A DNA stretch of 52,290 nt from a virus (Duplodnaviria; Caudoviricetes): IMG/VR virus record IMGVR_UViG_3300037628_000403, positions 1 through 52,290 of that record. One strand, 5' to 3'. The notes beneath the pieces were generated by a model. The model searched no databases and was not told where the DNA came from. It saw only the letters and a program-made list of their open reading frames with translations. Each line of letters starts with the position of its first letter. Positions within the stretch are counted from its first letter, which is position 1. The position numbers and the translations under genes were made by a program. Of this stretch, positions 45,831 through 52,290 are shown one piece after another.

Positions 45831-46277
45831 CTATTTGGCTTTCTCTTTCTCAACATCAGCAAATTTGATTATCAAACGCTTGCCAGCTTCAGGTGTAACA
45901 CTTCCAGCACCGATCAAGGATTCCAAGATCGTCAACGCAATTTCCTTGACCTCCTTGGCTGGTGTTTGACTGTCTTCAAGTCGATGAAGCAGCGAGCCAA
46001 TTACATTACCAAGCAACCAGTCATTTGTTGACTTGTGGATTAGCTTTAAGCCAGTCTTTTGATCGTCTGTTAGCTCAGCACCGTGATACGCTACGCAGGC
46101 AGACTCAAAGTCACAACCAATAGCCATCTGTTGGAAGTAGACCAACATGTCGGCACAAGCGAAGTGCCTCTTTGTAATTTCAGGTACATTACCAAATCCA
46201 GCGTCAACATACAAATCAACGGACTTTGCTATCGCAATAGCAAACTGTGTAGGCAAGACGCGATTGACTATTGTCAT
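45831..46277 (-). CDS. Hypothetical protein (possible terminase small subunit)
   Basis: ~148 aa, helical, with terminal strand KRLIIKF; no other TerS candidate seen; function weakly supported. Confidence 0.45.
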   Translation of the reverse strand: MTIVNRVLPTQFAIAIAKSVDLYVDAGFGNVPEITKRHFACADMLVYFQQMAIGCDFESACVAYHGAELTDDQKTGLKLIHKSTNDWLLGNVIGSLLHRLEDSQTPAKEVKEIALTILESLIGAGSVTPEAGKRLIIKFADVEKEKAK

Positions 46278-46317
46278 TTCAAACTCCCAACTCAAAAAAT
46301 TTTTGTTTCAAAATCCA

Positions 46318-46673
46318 TACCTACACTATACCTACATCTTACCTACTACCTTACCTACACTAACTATATAGAACTACTGGGTTTTTCGTCTTTATCTGGT
46401 AAGTAGGTAAGCTACCCCTCGCCATAGACACCAACACCAACCATATCCATACGAGAAACAATTTTCCCACCCCATCAACCGCCACGATTGTCTCCACTAT
46501 ACTAGCTCCAATCAACACACCAACTCACGAACACCCACATTGACGCCCTCTCGCCCTACCCCTTACCTACTAGGCCCGAAAAGCCGAAAAACCCAGTAAA
46601 AACAGGCACTTAGAGTAGGTAAGAAGTAGGTATAGAGTAGGTATGATGTAGGTATACACCCCCCATGTAGGTA
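46318..46673. repeat. Inverted arrays of 11-bp-phased TACCTAC repeats; candidate replication origin
   Basis: TACCTAC at 46318/46329/46340/46352; GTAGGTA at 46615/46626/46637/46648/46667; inner IR TACTGGGTTTTTCG/CGAAAAACCCAGTA. Confidence 0.8.
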
Positions 46674-46706
46674 AGCAAAAATCCAACATTCTTAGTAATA
46701 TATCAA

Positions 46707-48992
46707 TCAAGATGCATTTCCCTCATCCAATAACACCCTCATATCGTCAGTAATGCGATAAGCAACTTTGACTCTCTTGGCTAATGCCAAATCAGCAGGG
46801 CCACACTTTACAATCAATCCAGTGTTGACCATATACTCAACCGTTTTTTGTATTCCCGTTTTAGGATTGCTTGCCCTTTCTGGATCATCAGCCATTTGCT
46901 TCACCGCTTCATTATTCTTGATGGCATGGGTCAAATTTGAGAAAGTGAAAATACCCTTGCCCCGCAGTGCCTTCGGGACTGCTTTTGTACGGTCTTTGTA
47001 TTTGTTGTTTATGATCCTGGAAATTGCCGGGCCAACAATGCCCTTAATAACAGCGAGCATATCATCAGAGCTACCTTGCGTCACAGTATCTTCGATGAAC
47101 TCGATCTCATCACGTATTGCGGTTTGCGCCCAATCATATTCTTCCTGCTCAATATCATTAGAGCCATTAAACAAGGAGCAGATTGCTGAGATTTTGATGA
47201 TCTTGATGAATGCCCTGCTAGTCAGCGCCCTACGCAATTGATCATCGGCATGCTTGTATTTGTTTTCTAAATCAGTCCAGTGATTTGAGTCAGCTTGGAT
47301 ACTTATTCCAGATGTTCCGATTTTACAAACTTGCTTTGTATCACTTTCGACTCCTTGCCTTGGCTCGCAAAGCTTTACCAAATGGCGGATTGTTTCTACC
47401 ACAGGCTGGCTGAATCCAGCACGTCTATCAATATTCAAGTATGCTTTATCACGCATGGAACGTATCATCCAAACGCGTGCTATTTCTCCTGACTGGGCAG
47501 CATCCTTGCTTTTAAGTTGCTTGATATACGACATAGGCGTAGAAACATGAGCAATGGTAAGAGACGGGCTTGGTATGGTTGGGACACTGTTTTCCTTGTT
47601 GCTATACTCTTCTCCGCCTGCAAATTTTCCAACACCGCTGGACGAGAAAATATCGAGCAGTACACGAGTGAGCCCTGCTTGATCACCCGCGCGGCTGGCT
47701 TGCATGAGACCGCTTTCTTCAAAGACGCAGACCCTGGACAATCCTTTCGACAACATATCGAACAAGGACTTGGGTCCAGTAAATCGTGAAGCACCTTTGA
47801 AGCTGATTCCCTTATCGAGTTTGCAAACGTCCATGAGCGCATAATTGATCGTGTCCTTTATGTTTGCTTTGCCTACGCCTGAATCAGCTAGCAGGGCAGT
47901 GTATAAATTGAGTCCAGTTCCCATGACGTTGTATTGGCGTCCAGCGATTCCAGCAATCAAGCTGAATGCTGCGATAATAGCAACTTCCTCGTTTGGATGC
48001 GGTGCCATTTCATAAATCTCTCTACAGAGTTGACCCATTAGACCAGGCGGATAGCCATAATCAGTATGCCTAATAGAATCGTCCACATCAGGTAACTCAA
48101 CTACGGTATCGACTGGATTGTCTTTTACAAACTTTACACAATCCCTTACATTTGCTTCAAGATAGTCCTTGGCTGTCCTGGCCCGCCAGCGTGCATCCTG
48201 CACTGCCGACGAGTTCATCTTAGTCATTGCCATGCCGTATAGCAAAGGTTCGTCAGTTATGCCTTTGTTAACCCAATGGTTCAGTAACCAAATGATTGCG
48301 CCGTGGAAATTAGTACCATTTTCAATTGCTTCACTTGCCTCATCTGCGTTTTTGAATTTCTTGTTCTTAGTTGGCTTGGAATTCACGCGATGAGGCGGTG
48401 CTTCGTGATCCGGTGGGAATGCTTCGCGGATTTGCTCCCATGGATATGGAATGTCTGAATCTATTTCAGTGGTTACTAGATGAGGGTCACTTTTGTGATG
48501 GTAGAACCCAGGCACCCGTAACACGCGAACCAAATCCTTCGCATTGCCGTCCATACCGTAGTTGTTACAAATCCCGTTCATCACCAGGGCCCACTCGTCC
48601 AAATCATCGGTCGTGGTAAGCCAGTAATAATGGTATTTGCCTGGTGAGCTATTTACTACAATATTGGGTGTGAGTTTGAAGTCTGTTCTCGGGCCATCGC
48701 GCTTGTTATCATCTTCTGCCCAGACAGCACGAATCTTGGTGACCATTTTGGAGGTACGATGACGCACCTTCCCATCAGGCCCCGTGCGATCCAGATTTCT
48801 ATCTAGCTCGTTGACGCAGAAAAACGCACCATAATCTTTTTGGTTTGAGATTCCTAGTTCGGCCAAAATCTGTTCACGAGATTTATCATAACCCTCGTGA
48901 TAATGCGTGAGCCGATGGTCTATCTTTTTGTCGTCTATCGCACAGTATACGTGCGACCCTGCAAATAGCGAAAGAAAATCTGTTGTTGACAA
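46707..48992 (-). CDS. RepB-like primase fused to a DUF3987-like P-loop helicase domain
   Basis: VWAEDD, SSPGKYHYYW, RVLRVPGFYH, NLYTALLADSGVGK. Confidence 0.85.
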   Translation of the reverse strand: MSTTDFLSLFAGSHVYCAIDDKKIDHRLTHYHEGYDKSREQILAELGISNQKDYGAFFCVNELDRNLDRTGPDGKVRHRTSKMVTKIRAVWAEDDNKRDGPRTDFKLTPNIVVNSSPGKYHYYWLTTTDDLDEWALVMNGICNNYGMDGNAKDLVRVLRVPGFYHHKSDPHLVTTEIDSDIPYPWEQIREAFPPDHEAPPHRVNSKPTKNKKFKNADEASEAIENGTNFHGAIIWLLNHWVNKGITDEPLLYGMAMTKMNSSAVQDARWRARTAKDYLEANVRDCVKFVKDNPVDTVVELPDVDDSIRHTDYGYPPGLMGQLCREIYEMAPHPNEEVAIIAAFSLIAGIAGRQYNVMGTGLNLYTALLADSGVGKANIKDTINYALMDVCKLDKGISFKGASRFTGPKSLFDMLSKGLSRVCVFEESGLMQASRAGDQAGLTRVLLDIFSSSGVGKFAGGEEYSNKENSVPTIPSPSLTIAHVSTPMSYIKQLKSKDAAQSGEIARVWMIRSMRDKAYLNIDRRAGFSQPVVETIRHLVKLCEPRQGVESDTKQVCKIGTSGISIQADSNHWTDLENKYKHADDQLRRALTSRAFIKIIKISAICSLFNGSNDIEQEEYDWAQTAIRDEIEFIEDTVTQGSSDDMLAVIKGIVGPAISRIINNKYKDRTKAVPKALRGKGIFTFSNLTHAIKNNEAVKQMADDPERASNPKTGIQKTVEYMVNTGLIVKCGPADLALAKRVKVAYRITDDMRVLLDEGNAS

Positions 48993-49041
48993 GACACCCT
49001 ACCTATTTATGCTGCCCCCACAAAAAACAAAAATGAACGCA

Positions 49042-49076
49042 GCGTCTCAACCGGGGATCAATTCCGATTGAGACGC
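49042..49076. other. Hairpin in the primase leader
   Basis: GCGTCTCAACCGG/CCGATTGAGACGC. Confidence 0.55.
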
Positions 49077-49123
49077 CACTTGACCTTGCGCCGGTGGGGC
49101 CGAACGCACTAGTCACGTTTATG

Positions 49124-49152
49124 AGTATAACGTACTTCGGTCGGAAAGTAAA
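49124..49152 (-). promoter_or_regulatory. Sigma70-type promoter for the primase gene
   Basis: TTTACT-17 bp-TATACT on the - strand. Confidence 0.7.
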
Positions 49153-49318
49153 GCTTTGTTTCTATTTATTTTTTATGGAAAATTTTTTGGTGCTGCTATA
49201 CAAGTGCATTTATGAATACTGCTATATTGGTAACAATCATACATTTTGCTACGTTAGGTGTATTCAAAATTTTTCTAATAGACGTTAGAATTGTTTTTAC
49301 TTATTTTCTGCCAGGGTA

Positions 49319-49349
49319 TAGCGCTGCAACTAAAAATTCGTTATACTCT
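49319..49349 (+). promoter_or_regulatory. Conserved phage promoter, second copy
   Basis: TAGCGCTGCAACTAAAAATTCGTTATACTCT matches 8886-8916. Confidence 0.7.
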
Positions 49350-49408
49350 TCCGGTAAAGGCCAGCAAACGATACATACATTTTAAAGTTCAACGGGGGGC
49401 AACACGCA

Positions 49409-49795
49409 ATGGGGCTAACAGTTGTTGATATTCTTGAGTGGAACATCGCAAAGAACAAGCTAGACAAATTCAAAGAGTTGGAAATGAGGCTGCGGCTTGA
49501 AGTCTGCGGCGAATTGTTCATTGGCAAGAAGCCAGGCAAATTCACAATCAAGAAAAACATCGAAGGGCTAGAAGTCAAAGCAGTCGCAACTGTAAATGTA
49601 TCAGTAGACCCAAAGGGGCTTGAAGCCGTTTGGGACAATCTGACACCACTCGAAAAATCCTGTATCAGTCACAAGCCGAAACTGGTCCCAAAGCAGCTGA
49701 AGCAACTGTTAATTGACGATCCTAAGTCAAAGCTGTTTGAGTTGATTACATCCAAACCAGGTGCACCTACACTTACAATCATTGAAGAGGAATAA
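49409..49795 (+). CDS. Hypothetical phage protein
   Basis: 128 aa, first gene after the promoter; KPGAPTLTI end. Confidence 0.75.
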   Translation: MGLTVVDILEWNIAKNKLDKFKELEMRLRLEVCGELFIGKKPGKFTIKKNIEGLEVKAVATVNVSVDPKGLEAVWDNLTPLEKSCISHKPKLVPKQLKQLLIDDPKSKLFELITSKPGAPTLTIIEEE

Positions 49796-49900
49796 TTGGG
49801 GCAAGGCCAGTCGCTTTTCTCAAAGGGCATCCTAGTGCCAGAGAGAGATAACAACGACGTCATCCATGGCCTTGCTCCTCCAATTCTTGGGGGAGGTTTT

Positions 49901-50329
49901 ATGTTGTTCTTGATTTACAGTTTTGATAAGAGTAGGGGCAAGTATCCTTACAAAGTTGAAGAAGAGTTTGAAATGTTCATTCCAGAAATGGCCTCTGTGG
50001 AAATACGCACCGAGCATTTCAAAATCATATATGGACTGCTTACTGTGTATACGACGTATTCTTGGGATGGTCCATCCGGCCCAACATTCGACAAAACCAA
50101 GTGGTTGTTTAGATTCTACCGCGTTTTCATTCCTGCAAGTTTGCCGCACGACATCATATATCAGTGTCTGCGTGAAAACCTACTCAACTGGACGTACCGT
50201 TTGGTTGGTGACTTGTTAATCCGATCTTTGCTCTTGAAGGGCATGAACGGATTCAAGGGTGTATCCAAGTTCCGTGCCGGTTACATCTTCCGCGTGTTGC
50301 ACATGTTTGGAGGTAAGTATGCCCGATAA
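49901..50329 (+). CDS. DUF1353-like protein
   Basis: WDGPSGP...ASLPHDIIYQ; GGAGG RBS. Confidence 0.7.
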   Translation: MLFLIYSFDKSRGKYPYKVEEEFEMFIPEMASVEIRTEHFKIIYGLLTVYTTYSWDGPSGPTFDKTKWLFRFYRVFIPASLPHDIIYQCLRENLLNWTYRLVGDLLIRSLLLKGMNGFKGVSKFRAGYIFRVLHMFGGKYAR

Positions 50330-50570
50330 GCCAATGGTTAGCAGTAGGGTCATGAAAATTCAGCGTAGGTTGGGTGAAATTCCAGACTTGCTTATCTACG
50401 ATGAAGGCAGGAATTTTGAGGACATCATAACTGATCGTGATATGGGAAAAGTAATCATTGATGAATACTTCCCAAACGATTTGGTCTTCAAGGTTTATGT
50501 GATTTGCGAGGTTGACTCCAAGGGCGTGCTTCATTGCGGCGAAGAAGTTGCTGCTGAAGGGGATTGGTAA
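50319..50570 (+). CDS. Hypothetical protein
   Basis: GGAGG RBS, ATG 50319. Confidence 0.65.
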   Translation: MPDKPMVSSRVMKIQRRLGEIPDLLIYDEGRNFEDIITDRDMGKVIIDEYFPNDLVFKVYVICEVDSKGVLHCGEEVAAEGDW

Positions 50571-50878
50571 TGGCCGATAACAATAAGCCAGTTCTCTTGC
50601 CGCACTTTTTCACGTTTGGAATGGGGCAGGGTTACGACAACTGCTACGTCAAAATCAATGCCATAAATCACATGGTCGCCCGCGAGGCAATGCATAGGCA
50701 TTATGGAACTTGCTTTTGCTCGCAGTACGATGATGAAGAGCTTTTCCAAAAGCAACTTGACCGATACAGCATCACAATGTCCGAGGAAATCACCGTGAAT
50801 ACGACATGTCATAGTGATCGTCGCCAAGCACTTTTGGAGCGTGGGTATGAAAACTACGGTGGATTGTTGAATGGATGA
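50570..50878 (+). CDS. Hypothetical protein
   Basis: TAATG coupling; FFTFGMGQ...ARE.M...FCSQY. Confidence 0.7.
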   Translation: MADNNKPVLLPHFFTFGMGQGYDNCYVKINAINHMVAREAMHRHYGTCFCSQYDDEELFQKQLDRYSITMSEEITVNTTCHSDRRQALLERGYENYGGLLNG

Positions 50879-51281
50879 TTTCAATCACGCGGAAGCGTAT
50901 TGCATGATGGAGTACGCCAGTGAGAACGGGCGGCAAATCGTCACAATCTGGAATACTCGTGATGGAGTGACTCCATTTGGAGTCCAGATCAACGGCGTTA
51001 CAATGTTGCATCGAAACGTCTCAAAGGATCGCTTGGTATCACGCATGTATATGCCTGATCCTGGTGATTGGATTTTTGTAAGCTTTACACCAGAGAATTT
51101 CAAGGAGTTGATGACCGAGCGCGTTGACGAGAATCTGGAATATGCGTTGGAGATTTTTGGATCAACAAGAGAAGACGCAATTGAGAAGGTGTTTGAGAAA
51201 GAATGGCAAGAGGGCATGCCAAGACTAATCCAAGTAACACAGGATTGGTTTGATAATTTTTGTCCAAGAGGCGTGCACTAA
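50871..51281 (+). CDS. Hypothetical protein
   Basis: HAEAYCMM.Y...IWNTRDGVTPF. Confidence 0.7.
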   Translation: MDDFNHAEAYCMMEYASENGRQIVTIWNTRDGVTPFGVQINGVTMLHRNVSKDRLVSRMYMPDPGDWIFVSFTPENFKELMTERVDENLEYALEIFGSTREDAIEKVFEKEWQEGMPRLIQVTQDWFDNFCPRGVH

Positions 51282-51314
51282 CAAAGCGATACAACAAAAT
51301 AGGAGATAGGTGCA

Positions 51315-51566
51315 ATGGGAAACCCTTACGACGATCAGCCAGATCCAATAGCCAACAGGCCAAGCAGGACAGAAGAAACAATTGACGATATTCTTTGCGT
51401 CGGAGACTTTGAGCGTTTTGATAACGTGAAGTGTATCGACAAAAACGGTCAGGCGGATGTTTTGTACTTCTACAACGTGGACTGCGAAAATTGGGAAGAA
51501 GTGTTGGAACAGCTTTTTATGCACTGGTACCCAAGAGACATCATTCGAGTGGAGACAACGGCATGA
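51315..51566 (+). CDS. Hypothetical protein
   Basis: AGGAG/AGGT RBS; 83 aa. Confidence 0.65.
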   Translation: MGNPYDDQPDPIANRPSRTEETIDDILCVGDFERFDNVKCIDKNGQADVLYFYNVDCENWEEVLEQLFMHWYPRDIIRVETTA

Positions 51567-51805
51567 CTCCTGAACAAGCCGGATACTCTACATTTGGTGT
51601 TGGTGCTAGGATTGCGAAGTGTGTCTCAGAAAGTGGCAAAACTCTGTCCGAATTGTCGAGGAATGCAGAAGTTGATCTTCGACAGATAAGACGATACGTT
51701 TGTCCAACAGACAGGCGACAGCCAAACATTGAGACACTAGCAAAATTAGCAGTAGCACTTGATGTAACCACGGATCACTTGCTAGGGATTGGAGACAGGG
51801 CATGA
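51563..51805 (+). CDS. XRE-family helix-turn-helix regulator
   Basis: TLSELSRNAEV...IRRY...PNIETLAKLAVALDVTTDHLLG. Confidence 0.85.
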   Translation: MTPEQAGYSTFGVGARIAKCVSESGKTLSELSRNAEVDLRQIRRYVCPTDRRQPNIETLAKLAVALDVTTDHLLGIGDRA

Positions 51806-51930
51806 AGAAAAATCAAATTGCGTCGTGTGCTGCTATAATACTATCAATCACACACTTGCTATTGCTGTATTTTTATCACGAGGAATTTTATGAAAGTTTT
51901 TGTGAAACATACAGCCACTTCTGCGGGTGA
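51802..51930 (+). CDS. Small membrane protein (42 aa, absent from ORF track)
   Basis: MKKNQIASCAAIILSITHLLLLYFY...; ATGA overlap with the HTH gene. Confidence 0.5.
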   Translation: MKKNQIASCAAIILSITHLLLLYFYHEEFYESFCETYSHFCG

Positions 51931-51942
51931 AGGGAATAAACG

Positions 51943-52248
51943 ATGACTGATCCTAAGTACACGATGGTAAATGAATTGGTTGCCGCTGCTAGGAAGGCAG
52001 GCGCTGAAAAGATGCGTGTTGATATTCTTGTTGGTATTGGCAAGTGTAAGCAGAAACAGAAAGATGACAGGGATGATGCCGCAGCAAAGCTCATCGTCGC
52101 CGAACAAAAGGTCTGTGAGAGCATCGCAAGAATTGAGTTTCATTCATTGTACCCTAACCAGGTGTATCATGGTCCGACGTGTACAGCATTCAGCTGTACC
52201 GAAACACCAATTATTGATGGCAAATGTAAGGGGCACGGCAATGGCTGA
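51943..52248 (+). CDS. Hypothetical protein spanning the circular junction
   Basis: 101 aa; its stop overlaps the start of the MazG-like gene. Confidence 0.65.
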   Translation: MTDPKYTMVNELVAAARKAGAEKMRVDILVGIGKCKQKQKDDRDDAAAKLIVAEQKVCESIARIEFHSLYPNQVYHGPTCTAFSCTETPIIDGKCKGHGNG

Positions 52249-52290
52249 TTATCCATGCGATGAAACAATGAGAGCAGTTTATGAAGAGGT
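52164..52290. repeat. Terminal direct repeat (assembly overlap), copy 2
   Basis: Identical to 1-127. Confidence 0.95.

Noticed and set aside
1-52290. tRNA genes or stop-codon reassignment
   Set aside because: No cloverleaf recognised by eye in intergenic gaps; genes are full length in the standard code and all three stop codons are used

Overview
This window looks like a complete, circularly assembled genome (52,163 bp plus a 127-bp terminal overlap) of an uncharacterised tailed dsDNA phage with siphovirus-type morphogenesis genes and no integrase. The + strand (49.4 kb, through the join, to 18.4 kb) carries five blocks. (1) Small hypothetical genes and a MazG-like pyrophosphatase. (2) A Sak4-like ATPase, DUF669 SSB, Cas4-like nuclease and SF2 helicase. 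(3) A repeat-rich putative early region (5.0-8.9 kb). (4) One tightly coupled operon: HD nucleotidase, tandem ThyX-like protein, nucleoside deoxyribosyltransferase-like protein, all-alpha nucleotide-modification protein, sulfotransferase, DnaQ, DnaE and ATP-dependent ligase. (5) An M15 endolysin. The - strand (49.0 to 18.5 kb) carries a primase-helicase, a candidate origin, a resolvase, terminase, portal, head genes, an accessory virion island with a second sulfotransferase, neck and tail genes (with a -1 frameshift) and a holin-like gene. The best candidates for new biology are: a possible sulfotransferase-linked DNA base-modification pathway; a 1.1-kb early operon almost free of TG on the coding strand only; and 11 convergently oriented palindromic elements plus helically periodic DNA in the early region. 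All annotations come from motif recognition by eye; no database searches were run.
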